From Pocillopora damicornis (taxonomy: Eukaryota), in the NCBI RefSeq assembly GCF_003704095.1, contig NW_020843420.1:62001-126000 (forward strand): DNA of 64,000 nt, written 5' to 3'. Below are positions 31,701 to 46,700 of this stretch, piece after piece. Position 1 is the first letter of the stretch, and the number at the start of each line of letters is the position of its first letter. The notes under the pieces were generated by a model. The model made no database searches, was not told where the DNA came from, and saw nothing but the letters and a program-made list of their open reading frames with translations. A program made the translations under genes and the position numbers.

Positions 31701-34700
31701 AAGATGATAGTGTAGTATGATCATCCGGATGAAAGTGTTTCAGAAAAGTGGAGTTGTTAGTAATGGTGAGGAGTTGTTTGTCTGTTGACTCCTGTGAGTC
31801 TGGTTCGTGTAAACTGATTCATTAGTTATTGGCCGTTAAGTAGCTGGCTGTAAAAATCAAGTAACGTAAGTCAGTCGTGATTGGTCACTTTCAATCAGTT
31901 AGTAAGGTTAGATTGTTCTGTTTGGTTCCTTTGCTGGGTTCATGTCTTGTAGAAGTCATTTGTATGGGGCCAGTAATAGTCTGGACAACAGTTCATTTCA
32001 TGAATATCCTCATTCGGAAGATTATACCATACAAAATATAGTTTAACCCTATATATCACAAACTGTTTGCCAAAAATCACAATGTGAACTACTCAGTATT
32101 AGGCAGTCAGATATGAAATGTCCTTACCACAGGCAAAATGTTGTTGATACAGGTGTTCAAAGTAAACACCAATGTATTACCACATGGACTTCCTTCACGT
32201 TTTCCAACTAGAACCAGAGTTGCATTACACGGTCTGAGAAAACGGCTCTTGAACTCAACTGGCATCTGTAGCTGGCCTTTAGGTGACACCTAACGTAGAA
32301 TATACAATCACTTTAAATTACCTCACTAAATAAAATTGCCTGACATTATCGTTAATGTTATCATCACTCACCTGAATTGTGTCTCCCATTGGTAACCAAA
32401 AGTCCGCCGCGTCCTTCCCCGCCAAAAGAGCTTGATACACGAGGGGTTTGGTGCTAGGATTTTGAAGTCGAACCTATTGTAAGAAAACGACTGGTTAAGC
32501 CTCTCTAATGGCAGCCTAAAGAAAGCGAGGTTTATTTACAGGGCTAGAATAAACAAACACAAAGCCTTACATGTTTTGTTACTGTATTATGCAGTGATCC
32601 TTCAAAGGTGACCGTGGCGCGTGGCAAGTAATGAGGTAAGCGCTGGTACAGATGAATGCACAGCAGGACAACTGCGATAGGGTTCGGCTCCGTTAGGTCT
32701 GTTGGCTGCAATAACAGCAAAAATAACCAACAAACCAGTCAACCAATGGTTATGTTATTGACAGGATACACATCGCAAGTTTACAATATACGTGGTGAAT
32801 GAAAAGTTGATTGATTAACGACAAGAACACATCCTATCAAAACTAGTTAAAAGAAGCTCTGAAAGCTTTTATGGTGTCAAGTTTGGACAGAGAAAAAGAC
32901 GTAAGATAGAAATTGTAAAATAATCAATCCCGCGCTCTGTTTGGTAATGAAGGTTTTGCAATGTGGAATACGATAACTTCTGAAGTCATTAATTTCTAAC
33001 CTGAATATCATAGTCCAAACCAACGTGCCTGAGAGCCTCAACAGCCTTGATCACATTATGCAGGCACTGTTCAGCCTTGCTGGGCCGAGTGTACATGGAA
33101 TGAAGATGGGTTGAAATCTGCGAACATAATAAGTCATTAGCTCAGAGACATAAGTACCCTCCCATTCACCAACATGCATAAGCCATGATCAAGGCTCGTC
33201 GCTGCTGTTATGTTCTCACAACTGGTAATAAATGTTATTAAGTGTTGAGAATAAAACAAAATCACTCGTAGAGATAAAAGCACATGGTACATGAACGACA
33301 TCTTACCGCAAACGGCACATGAGCGCTCACAAGAGTTGCCAAAACCAGTCCATCCATGAAATCGACATCGAAGTTCACAATCCACCGGCACGGAGGACTG
33401 GATCCTGCAGGGGTAGAGGAAATTCTAATGAGAGGTGATAAATAACACTCACACCAAAGGTGGTCTGAGAAATAATTACGAAACGTTACTCATCCATCAA
33501 AACAAATTTAGGTTTAGGTTTGGGGTTTAAAAAACACCACCCTCTGGCATTTAGATAACATTATCAGGTAAAGACCGTAATAACAGTCAACAGCAGAGTG
33601 TCTGACCGAGCAGGACTCACCACCAATAGCAGCAGGCCAACTGATGTTTCTCTGGACATTATAATGATGGTTGATCCACGCTAACAAGATCCGCTCTCCC
33701 ACACTATAAACATTGCTAGTCAGTGGATCGGGATTCACTTCAGGCAGTGGAATATTCTTGTTTGGAAACTGAAGCTTCTTGAACTGATGCGGGGTGATAC
33801 GGCTCAGTATTAAAACCTAAAGTGAAATATGAGAGGGTAAGTGAAAATTCAGGAAATAATTCAACTAAAAACTCTTAATAAAGAAGTTGCAAGTAAAAAA
33901 GGTTATCAAATATTACCTTAACGAGTTGTAGCAGGATATGAGTCCATGCCTGGGTAGAGCTAGTCTCAAACTGTGCTACTTCCAACTTGCTTATCCCTCT
34001 TTCCTTGCTGGAATCTTCTTTATCCATTCCTTTGAGTTTTCCATGGATTTTGTGCCAGCGGATATAGTCAGCGGTATCTAACAAGTCTTCTGGTTTAACA
34101 TGAGACACCATTGCACCCTGAGTCCTGCATGACAGTCAGACACACAATTGGTAAAGAAATTATCATCAGTATACATTTAATTGTGATAACTCCCGAGTGA
34201 CAAGTGTGCATTGCACAGAACAAGTAGTAAGTACACCAAGAAACATTTTATAATATCTTTCATGCAAAGAAACAGTTGCACAATTAGCAAACGGATTTGA
34301 CTGAATAAAAACAAATGTACATTGTAGGAGGTTCCAAAAAAAATTCTCCCTGTTTCGTTTCCCACAAAACACTTAACAAAGAAATTGATGACAAGAGTAC
34401 CTCAAAAACGTAAGAAGTGTGCTGTACATCCAGTGAACCTGTCGCACACGATCAATTGGACAAGTTGGAAGAGTAGATGCCAATGGTATTCCTGGGACAG
34501 GACGACCACACATATGACTGATCAGATCAAATGCTGATCTCAGCTCTATTTTGGAATTATTATCCCAGTTTGAAGTCCTTGCAGCCCCAGTGCCACCAAC
34601 TTGAGGATCACTTGTGTCCTGGAGGGCCGATCGCAGAGTCTGAGGTATCGATATTGGGTAGGGCCCACCAGACCAGCCCTGTCCAGAGAAGTATCTGGAA

Positions 34701-37700
34701 AATATATGCGAGAGAGAAACTAATCAAGTTGTGCTATGATGACGCAGACGCAAAAACGGTAAAAGCACTTTATGCGGTTATAATTTCGCTCACCTCTGCA
34801 CTGCACCAACAACTTTCCTCATGAACTTTCTCTCATCACTCTCAACTCCAGGCCCCAAGACAAAGGTCCCATTTGTTTCAGACCCGTCAGACGGCCCCCG
34901 AACAGGGCCCCCTGGTTGGGATTCCCCGTGATGTGGCGTTGACGGGTAGGTTGATGACGTGGCTTCATTACTTGACTCGGGATATGTTGACGTGCTAATA
35001 CCAAAGCTAGTGCTTGTTGCACTTGTTGAGGCTACTGTGGGGGGACGGTTGGGGGTTATGCACGGCATGAACACAGGTTCCCCAGGTGGGAAGTCTTGGG
35101 TGTCTGTTTGTTTATTTTTAATGGATATTGCCTTTTGTTCACAGACGATATGAAAATCAGTTTGATGAGCAGCCAGGAAGGGATAACAGGAGAACAAACA
35201 GTTATCAGCAGTGGCAGTCACAGGCAGCTCATACCTAAAATGCAGAAGACATAGATGAAAATACTTTACGTCAGTACAAACGAATGTGAGACGAGAATCA
35301 AGTATGGTTGTCACAGGTAAAAAAAATGCTATTGCACTTTGTTGTGCTTAAGGTCAGGTTAATCAGATATGGATTACATAGAAATTGAGTATTGCTTAGC
35401 AAGCTAAGGACCCAAGGTAAGCTCCTTCAATTTATTGTCATACTTTTCCTTTCCATCTGTGAAGACGATAGCTGTGTTGCAAGTAACAGGGCTGGGGGAC
35501 TGGAATGTTACAGTACAAGGAATCACGCAAGGTTGTGTGTTGTCATCGTTAGTACAACAGGGCTGAATTGACTGTCCACCAGGAAATGTTATTTCCAGCA
35601 CCGATTGCAAGCTGCCATCCTCTAATTCTACTTGTGGGATTTCACAGTCTAACACTGAAGCTCTGAAATGACAAAAGTAGAATTACCTGAAATCAGGAGC
35701 ATATAATCTAGAAGTAGGTTACATGCTTCTGATGGAAATAGGTAACCAATAATACATAGCCAAATTAACACAAAAACAATGGTCTAAGGAACAAAAATGA
35801 AGATAATCTTTACGACCTTCAATAAGACTTGACGACAAGCAAACTTATAAACTGGTAGCCCCCTTAGCTGAAAAATTGCAACAGTAAGTAGAAGAAACAA
35901 TAAGAAAGAAGCTATAACTGTAGGAAAAGAAAACAAATTGAATAATAATCCTGTGTGTACTATACCTTCTGTATCCCCTTGCAGTAATGTTGAAGTTCAC
36001 TGACACTTTGGTACAAAGAGGAACAGGCATTAGCCGAATACTGTCAGGATCAAAAGTGAGGCTTGGAGCCAGCAGTTCTCCTCTGAGGGTCAATGTCCGA
36101 TACGGCATTTCTCTATTGCCATTTAATATTACGGGAACATGTGCCACAAATAACCCTGGGCTTTCTGTGGAGATTAAACAGAAGCTTACATCAAGGATGA
36201 CATCTCTTAGTAATCTCAGAGAGCTTTTTTTTTTTTTTTTTTTTTATTCCCATCACTAGGAGACACTTCCTCAACAGCTAAATGTTTCCATCATATTTTT
36301 CAAATACAATTTTGGCCTGAAATATTTGTCACTTTCTTTAGCATGAGCATACTTGAATATTAAACTTCACATTTCTAAAAGGAAGTGAAAGTCAAAGTGA
36401 GAACTAAAGCGTTTATCAACATAAGAGTTATCATCCGAGGGGAAAGAGTATGCCCTATGGTAATATTGATACATGTAGACTTTTGTCCCAATGGCCTAAT
36501 GGTGGCTTAAAATGTTTCTTAGTTAGCTATTGGTCAGAGATGACAACAACAGCATCATAACTGATCTTAACTTATGAAAAAGCACCACAAGGCTTGCTTA
36601 CGTGGAGTGAACAGAACTCCCAACTGAAATGTCTCTCCACTTTCCAAGGTAATATCAGGAATAACACTTTTCTTCCCTGCTGAGGATGGTGTAAACGGTG
36701 ACCCTGTTCTATGAAGAAATTTAAAGATTCCATCCTCCAATAAGGGTCCTGCAGCTTTAGTGTGTAAAGTCCAAGACAGGGGTTTGTCACTGTTGTTTAC
36801 AAACAAACAGCCCTGATAATCAGAAACACATTGTTCATTAACACTTTGACAAGAAAAGACAAAATACCTATTGCTGAATATGAAAATATATCTGACTGAT
36901 CACCGTTATTGTAATCATCATCATCAGTAAAAAGATTATCAGTTAATCATTAATTACATATTAGTAAGCCCAATAATAAAACTCTAGTTTTATGTTGTCC
37001 AATCCACAACTCACCTGAGCACGTCCTGCCCCAGATTCAATGCCAAGTTCAAAGTAACCAGATGGAAGATGGAACTCCAAAACAGAGTGTGAAATCTGTA
37101 GTGGGGGACGCAGAGCTGTTGCCACTATGCGTCGACTGGGAGTGGCCACGCCAGCTAGGGATGGTACTGGGGTTATGAGCTCAGATATGGTCCAGTTCAT
37201 GTGTGAGGGAGCAGGTGTTGGGGGAAAGGTTGAAGGTGCTGGGGTGGGAGCTACAGTGTGATTGATGCTGACAGGGATAATAAAATCATAAGATGCAACC
37301 TGAAAAAACGATAACAATCTTTATCAACTTAAATATTAATTATAATTAATATGCAGAGTTGTGAAAAAAATATGTGATGGCAGAAAAATCCTTTCATTCA
37401 AAACATTACATAAGTAACTATGTACCTCCGAAGGTTGGAATTCTAGAGCACATTCCAAGACTTTTTGACTTTTTAATGAGACATAGTAAACACCATTGCC
37501 ATCATCCACTGGATCATCTGTGAAATTAAAAGACAAAAACAAATAAAAATTCTGCTGAATGTTAGAGACGGCAAGTCAGACAGACTGATTATCTGGTGAA
37601 AACAACAGAACAAACAAAAAATCTGGTCTAATGAATTTCATGCAAGTCAGAGCTACTAATTGTATGGAAGGTAGATACATACCCTCAATATCATTGTCCA

Positions 37701-40700
37701 GAAACTTGAGTGAAAAGTCCAGGTATCTGCTCAGGTCAAATACCATGTTGGCTTGAGTGCGAGTCTAAACATTAAAAACTGTCATTACCACATTGATATG
37801 TGACTTAAGTTGTAGCAAAAATATTTTGTTCAATATACCTTGTTGGTCAAGAGAAATTTAATAGTTGCCAATGCACCACAGTGGACTCCACCAAACTGAA
37901 ATAAATTCTGCAAAACAAAGTAATCCATGAGCACTTTGAACAAAGTATGAAGAATCATGTGAACCATGCAGTCAATGACTCAATTTAAAGAAATCAGTCT
38001 TTGGAATTTCAATCAGTTTTGTCTATACTAGTCAGGAGTAAGATGACTCAGGTGTAAATTGTGATGCCATAACAACAAAAACAAGAGAGAGAGTAATATG
38101 GAAAGATCACCAGCATATTAACAACAGTTCTGTGAACTTACCACATCGATGTCCACACAAGGAGGTTCTATGGTGCCTCCCACCCTAAGTGAGATGGTCT
38201 TCCAGCCTCGCACATTCACCTGAATGTGAGTATCAAACTTGTGGATACTATTAGGGGTAAACTCCACCTGAGGATTAAAAAGATGCATGTAGGTGTTGTA
38301 AATTAAAAGCTAATGAACCAATTGAGGCAATGTATAGAGTTTTTCCTTTAATTTGAACTTTCTTCACACAAAATACATCTGTCTCCATAATTCCTGATAG
38401 AAAACTGATTAAATAAACTGGTCATGTCCAAATTATTTCTTAAAACCGTTTTGAACCTAATTGAGAGGGACCAGTAACCATACACTGAGATTACACAAAA
38501 AGAAATGGCATGGAAATTACCTGGAGTTCTGCTGTTCCCCCAACTGGAACAACTCCTTCCTTTGGGGAGATAATCATGCCTGGGATAGGACAAGTGTCAA
38601 TCACCTAATTTATAGTAAATAAAATTTAGAGTTAACCATCTGCAACAAAACAATCTGTCATACATACACATTACTTCAATACACTCAAACTCAACAACTT
38701 GCAGCTAGATTAGTATCTAATCAAACTTTTAGAAAAAAAATTGCTCACTTTCATTGTTGCTCTCCTAAAAGCCCTGATACATCTTCAAGTATGTTATTCC
38801 ATATGTGCCTTTTCAACTGCCTTATATATCTAAAGTATTAGATGTTTAAAGAGAACTGACAAACCTCAAAGTAAGCATGGTTCTGACTTGTGTTTTGAAG
38901 TGACACAGACTTCACTGTTGTTAAATGAAGTGGCACTGAGCCAAACAAAAGCCTTCTTTCCACAAATGTGCAGTGAGTAGAGCTAAGCTACAACATAAAC
39001 AACATTTGGATTTAGCTGATCTAAACTAATCACCACTGCCCCCTTCCAAACAATTGGGAGTATACTGGTAGCAAATCTAGACCTGCACAATTAAAATGCA
39101 CTTTAAGCACTATTCTGGTGGAACATGAACAGAAGCAGCAAATTAGTGATATCAACTGGCATTCCGTATGTGTACATCAATGTGCAATTACCTTAGCTAC
39201 ACAGGTCAGCTTCAAATCACTTCCTCCAGTCACATGAACGAGGAAATCTGTTTCCTCAGGAGCAGAAAATGTTGGTTGATAGACAACCTCACATTCCAGG
39301 CTAGTAAATGCATCAACAGTGCCTAAAAAACATATTTTTTAAATCAAATTATTCATTTGTGTGACTCTTCACTGAGTATTTTTTGATAATATTGTTTCAA
39401 CTGTGTGATTTATGCTTTTTAGTTCAATTCTTACAATTCATAAATTTTTCATATCACAGTTTCCTTAATATATTTTTTCTCTGTTGAAGCTCAACAAAGC
39501 AACATCAGCATTAGGCAAAGAGATCTCACATATACAACATAGTCTTCTTGCACAAGGAATTTAGGCACCTGTACATGGCAAACATAGGATTTGCCTTCTT
39601 AAAACAGAGAAGACTGTAGTATGATGCTTCTGAAACAAATTGTATTATTCCGTAACTATAAAGAAAGAAATGGAAAACACTGTTATAGCTAAAAGGTAAA
39701 TCTCTATTTGCTCTGTAAGTAAAACAGTATACCTATTGATGGTCTTATGGAGAATGCTGTGCCCCTTTCATTTACAACAGGGGACCAAGAAAATTCAGCT
39801 GGGTAGTTTCTTTTATTTATCAATGTGATGGAACCTCTAAGACCTGAAAAAAAAACTCACAAGAATCAAGTCACAAACACTGAAATTAAAGTACCTCCAG
39901 CTATTTGAAAATGTGTATTTTACAATTATGGTGAGCAATTTCATCCAGGAAAATAATGTTTAAAAAACCCCACCCACCTGAATCAGCCAATAAGCCTGGA
40001 CAGGGTCTAAGCAGAACTTTATCACCTGACAGTTCCAAAGCTACTGAAACAACTTCTGCCAAGACAACAATGTGCTGACGGTGATAGCCATTAATGCTAT
40101 AATTAATGCTCCTACAAATGAAATAGATTTTAAATGATTAAAAAAACAGATTTCAAACTTTTTCTGGATATCAGCAAATATTTCTCTTACCTTTCAAACC
40201 TACCCCTTACATTTGATTCAAACATCATTGCCAGCTTTGCAACTGAGTTTGGGGGAATTACTTGTGACAATGGAGATGTTTGACGAAGTTCACGACAGTC
40301 AATCTACAAAAAAAAAAGATTTTATCTAAGCATAAGAAACTCTGAAATCCTTGATTCAGACAAAAGTGATAACCTTAATATTGCTTTTGTCTATGGTGTT
40401 ATGGTCCCATCATGTTGACTAAGTAAAGTGATCCCCAATGGAATATACTGAAAAATCTAGTCAAGGTTAAGCTTACCAAGACCACAAACCATCTTGAGCT
40501 GGATTTAAGATATTCAGAAAGTCAAGCAAAGAAAGAATACACTTTTCTTACCTCAACAACAACATGAATGAAACTATTCAAGTTGTTAACAATCATAAGA
40601 TCTTTACTGCTAGCAGAACGTAGACAGACTTGTCCAAAGTCCATCAGAGAAGGACCTGAAAATATGAAAAAATTATGGAAAAAAGAAGGGTAGGAATGAG

Positions 40701-43700
40701 TCATTTGGTACAAGGAAAAGTGTAAGGTACTTTTAATTCAACTTATCATTTCACAAATAGTGACTTCTGTTGTATTCCATTCAACTTACCAATATCTACA
40801 AGTTTTAATTCCTGTGGAGAAAGTACTGAGGAGCAGTCATGCTTCTCCCTTTCTGTCATTGGCACAGCATTCAAGCCATCACTCAACTACAAGGGAAACA
40901 TGAAAACCATAAAGTGTGTGAATGTACATGTATGTTGACACCAAGAGATATTAAACTAATTTCAAAAGCACATTTAATTGATTCCAGGGGTTTCAAAATG
41001 AGCTGGCAACTGCTGGAGTTTGATAAAATGTTGCTAGTTACTTTGGTAAAAATAATTACCTTTTGGCCCACAATGAACTTTTCACAGTCATCTGCTTTTG
41101 CAGAGTCTGATGCCTACTTCAACAAATTTTGAAGCTCTTGTTGGTTCCCCAATATCATTTTTCTAAGCAACTTTTAAAGAATATTCAATAACTTAATTAC
41201 CACAACAGATTATTTGTAAATTTCCTCACTTTTTTTGAAAGGGTCTTTGACTTTTCATCTGCAAGTGCCATGGAACTCAATAACTTCACTTCATCACTAA
41301 CTGGAGAAAGAGCTGTATAATAATGTAAGAAACAGTCACTACTAATGATCCTTAAACTTGAGTACCTATCCACTTCCTGGCAGGCGTTCTAAAAACCTGT
41401 GCTAGCCCACAGCACAGTCCTTAGACTGATCCATGGAATAATTTATAGTCTGGCTCATGGACCACTTCATCAGGTCTACCAGACTGTCAGTTTTTAGAAA
41501 AAAATGCTAGAGAAGAACTAAGAAAGATGAAAAGATTGGGGTGCCCTGATAGTCACTAGAATTGTTTCAAGTTATTCAAAATTCAACTTCTTTTCTTTGA
41601 ATGAATGAGTTGCCAGTAATTGGATCCTTGTGTCTGCGCACAGATTTCTGGAATTGCCATGGGGCAAACATTGTAACTCGCTAGAAAGGAACGTATGGCA
41701 AAAGTTTGGTTGAAGGTCCAAAAAAGTGATTTTGGCTTTTTTGCCACAGTTTTATCATAAATGGATAAAGATAATGTTAATACCAGGGAAGTGTTAGTTT
41801 TTGTTGGAATTACCAGGAAATATGTGATAAAATTACTGTAAAACTTCTCTCCTTGTGAAATCATCATCATGTAATGGTCTCAAAATATTTTAGCCATAAA
41901 TAGCTGGGAAATAACTCATTTAAGTCTTTCAGTTGTATTTATATAAGTACAGACTGTTTTCTGATACTTGTTAACATATAATAAACAAATTACGACATTT
42001 GAAAATGTACCTCCTCAAAGGAGAGAAGTCGTTGTCAGCAGAGATGGAAATTAAATTATTTTTACCCAGCTGTTGCTCTCTGAAAACATAAAATAAGCTA
42101 TGAAAAACATGAGGAAATCACAATGTCAAGTGATAGTTTGTTTCAACGGTCTTTGAACTGCAATTTTTCTTCTCAAACCACTTGAAGGATCTTGTCAGGA
42201 AAAGCAAGATCATGGGAACTCTAGCAGAAACTGTAGACATATCACCAGTTGTGCATCACTCCTTAAGAGACCAATTTGTATCACTCATCGTCACAGAAGA
42301 GAGGTTTCAGTTTGAGCCAATTATCAACACTGATTCGTTCTTATTGATCACATCAAAGAAGCAGTGTAGGACTGGTGTTTTATCACTTTAATGTATGCTT
42401 GAGCACACCATATCAATCTCCTGCTGCCTTGAGGTAACTTGTGTGGCGCTCTTTTGTACTTCCTTAAGCTTCCAAAAAAGCTAGAAGTATAGACTTAAAA
42501 CACCTCCAAAAAAACTGAAAAGGCTTTGTTGAGTTATTCCTTGGCAATTTATTATTGGTTTTTCTAAATTTTGAGACCATTATGCTATGTCAAATTCATA
42601 ATAACCTTTGCCTAAGGAGACAAGTTAATCTATAGATTTTATTACATATTTTATGGTTCTTCAAACAAAAACTCATGCTTCCCTTATATCAAAATGACCC
42701 ATATCCATTTCTGATAAAACAACAGCAAAAAAGTGATAATCTCTAAAATAGTTTTTTTTGGACGTCAGAACAACCTTTCACTGTACAATTTGTTCTTGTG
42801 AGTTACAATGTTTGCCCTATGGCAATCCCAGAGATCTGTTCGCAAACACAAGGATCCAATTACTGGCAACTCATTCATTGTGAAAAGTAGACTGGTCTGC
42901 CTCCTGACGGTTGTAATTTAACCACTTCATTCAAGGAAATTATTTACTTGGAATCTATCTCTGGTAAGGCTTCTTGGGGGAGAATTCAGAGAAAGATATT
43001 AAATATTTACCTTTGACTGGGGATGTAAGCTCTTTTGCTGAGATCTTGGGAGGTTTTAATCCTATGACGCTTTTCATTCCTAAATCAGTGTCATTATTTA
43101 ACTGATGAAAGTCACTGCAAATTATAATAGGACAAGACATGTCACTCTTAATGTAGATTCTGTACCATATAAGATGCAGTATATAACCTCTATGTGTGTG
43201 TGTACACCGAGCACCAGCTTCACTTGTTACTCCCAAATACAACAATTCAATTGCAGCAGATTTCCAGGTTTTCAAGTATGTATTCACAAAACTAAATTTC
43301 TGTGAAACTGCACCATATGCACTTTCTCCACTTTTAAAGAAAATGGCATCTGGTTTTCTTTAAGGTCAGATCTGGCTTTGGGCACCTAACATCAGTCCAC
43401 ACCAACTAGCCAGACTACTGTCAATTTAACACTGAAGGGGTTCATGTTAAGTTCCCTAGAAATCATCTCAAGTTTTTCTCTAGATACTAATTACCCTTCT
43501 GATTAACATTGATATTTAACACTGTCAGGTATCTACTTTACATCAGGTCCCACATCTGTACACATCTGTCATACTAGTGAGATGAGCTCCCCTTCTTGAT
43601 TTATGGAGTCAGATATAAAGTCAAACAGAATGCTGGATTTAATGCCATTTATTTACCTTCTCTTACTGTCAGCTCGTCTACTTTTCCTCAAAGATTTAAT

Positions 43701-46700
43701 ATAGTCCAAATATTGTTGCTTATGTTGCAATCTGAGTTGTTCTTCCTCCTCAGTGAAGGCATAATCAGGGTCTACATAGGTATACCTCTCAATACCTGTG
43801 AATAATGTTCTTGAAAACAAAGTTTTCATTCAACTTCTATCTTTTTGTAAAAAAAATGTTCTATTAACTACACATAGCTGCACAATTGCAAAATAAAAAT
43901 ATTGGAATAAAAGGATCAGTCATTTTAGCTGCAGGTAAGGAGAAAAACAAAGTTATTTTTAAATCAGGATTTGTATGCTTAATTTAACCTCTCCAAATGT
44001 GGTTGTTTGATGCAGGAATTGTAATTTTGTATAGATACACTTTGTTACTCACTTGACATTTTCATTTCTCTTTGCTGGCCGGACACTGGTTGCACGATCA
44101 TTTGGATGGGCAATCTGTGGAACTCCAGGTGCTGGTTGTGTTTTGAGTTTATTGGTTGTCCTGGTTCCAGTACCATGAAGAGTGATTGGAGTGGTATATA
44201 TTGGTACCAGCCTGAAAGAATAAATCAATAACTTAAAGACATAAAGTACAAAACAAAAGCGAGCACATAAACCATAAATCAATAGTCTTGTTGTTCACTG
44301 GGATCTTATTCACACATTTAAAACCAACAAAATAAAAAGAAGGAAACAAAAACAGCAATGGCTGTGTAAATTTTGCATTTCTTTGCTCTAAAACTATAGA
44401 GGAGCTGGCAAAAATATATATCCTTGACTTTACAGGTTATGAAATATTGAGCCCATTAACCTCACTACAGTAGGATCCCCATCAAATGAAAACTGCTCAA
44501 CAGTGCCTCCTAAAACCTCCAGAGGAACAACTGGCTTAAATGATCCCATCTGATTGGGCCTGAAAGTTAACAGCACATCTAACGACTTTCCTGGATTAAT
44601 ATGAGCTTGTGATGGTGAAGAATGGAAGTGTGCTGTTGAGTGTAGGGAAAATATCAATGGCAAGCTGGCTGATTCATTGTTTACAGTGCACAGTGCATCA
44701 ACTTGTTCACCAACTGAACATTCTCCAAACTTGAACACAGGACTGGGTGAGATAGAGAGCAGCACAGGCAAAGCTGTTCCTAAGACAGCAACTTCAACTC
44801 TAGATCCTGAAAATCATTGTGATGAAAAATGAGAAGGAGTTTACAAAAATTAGACAATTAACAACTTTGGCAAATGCAATCACTCATAAACAGAGAAAGG
44901 AGAAGGGGCACTTGATACAAATTTTGGCCAAAATGGGAGGGGCACGTAATCAAAGAGATGACACTAATTTGAGTGGAGATTCTAATCCAAGGATTTAGAG
45001 TGCATTAAATTATCAATATGTATAGGCAAAAATGATATGTATTGCAGGTGCTAAAAAAACCAAAAACAGGACACCAAACAAATGCCATACAAGAAACAAG
45101 TGAACAGCCAATCAAGACAAGTTTTTTTTTAACAATAAACTTTTCAATCCTGGCAATATTAAACCTATGATTTTTAATTCATTCTTCTCACCTCCATTGC
45201 CACTACCACCTCCAGAAACACTGCCAACAGTCTCTATATGCATAAAAAGAGTGTAATCTTTCCTTGGGGGAGGTTGATCACTAGCCTTCCATCCTTCCCT
45301 GGATTTTGTGTATCTTGGACTAAATCTGAAGTGAATCTCTCTTTTTTCTTGTGGATAAAGGATCCCCTGGCTCGGTAAGGCAGTCACCAGTGTTGTCAAG
45401 TCATTAGCATTTCCCAGTTCTTGAGCACTTGTTTGAGAAAGTAACATTGCTGTAGCACTCTTGGTCAAGTCCACCCCCTGAAAGACAGACATGTAGAATG
45501 ATGCCAGACAGTATACCAATATAAGCAACATTGAATTTTTCTGTAAAACTTCTTGAAAGTTCACAATCCTCTCTTATCAAATACAAGGAAAAAAACTTCC
45601 CTAATTCTCCATGTGCTGTCCACTCAACCAATGTCATATCCACTAATAATGACTTCCTCCTCACACCCACTCCACCCAAAAAATTGAAGTTTTTCAAAGT
45701 ATATGCATTCACATTGCTATCCATCTTTTACTTCTAGCTCATGATAGTACTTCATATTTATCTCTCTATTTAATAATGTGTATTATTAACTGTACATCCC
45801 CTCATGGATAGTGGTTCTTTCTGTCCCCACTCCCAAAAGGGTATCACATACCAGTTCCTGTCCCTCTCCACCCTCTTCCAATATAACAACAAAATTAGCA
45901 ACATCTGGCCCATTGTTATAAATAAGAAATGACTGAGTCTGGTCAGTCCCATAATATGTTGAGCCAAAGTTTATTGTTTCAATTTTTTCTTCTGTATCCA
46001 AAGTCAACAACTCCAGAGACCGCTCCACTACATTCCCAATGATTTGAAGAGTTGTTGGAGATTGGCCTTCCAGTTTGACTCTGCAGAGTAAAAGCAAATT
46101 TTTGACTGATCACTAGAGGTTTGATGCAATGAGTTGTGAAATAAGTTAATATGTTCTTTGGTTGGCTCCTTACACTTTGTTTAAAGGTCTCTAACTAATG
46201 ATAATCATTTGATGCAAAACAATAAAAAAGCTGTTAGTATTCACTTACTGTGCGTCTTCATTTAGCTCCCCTGGAGTCTTGCTTATAAATTCAACCTTAG
46301 CAAAATGAACTATAATTAGGTATAAACAAGATCGAGCTAAAAATGGTTTAAAGTGAGCTGAAGGAGATAGGTTAAGAACCACAACTGAAATAGCTTTATC
46401 TGTGCAATAGAGGGAATCCTGAAGAGAAGGGAAAGCAGCCCTATTCTCTGCTAAGAAGAAAAAGAACAAAGACAATGATCATATGATACCTGACCACAAT
46501 CAAGTATTATTGTGATTTAATTCTATTGAACATCAAATCTGGCAGTGCTCTGTTCAGTTATTCCTTGAACTCTTTTAGCTAAGTCCATTTTCCTGTTCCA
46601 AAATACTTTTAGTGACTCTATATTTAATGGTTAAACTCACCTTGACAAACTGTCTTGCTCCTGACTTAATAATGCCACCTGATGGCATAATTGTGATTGG

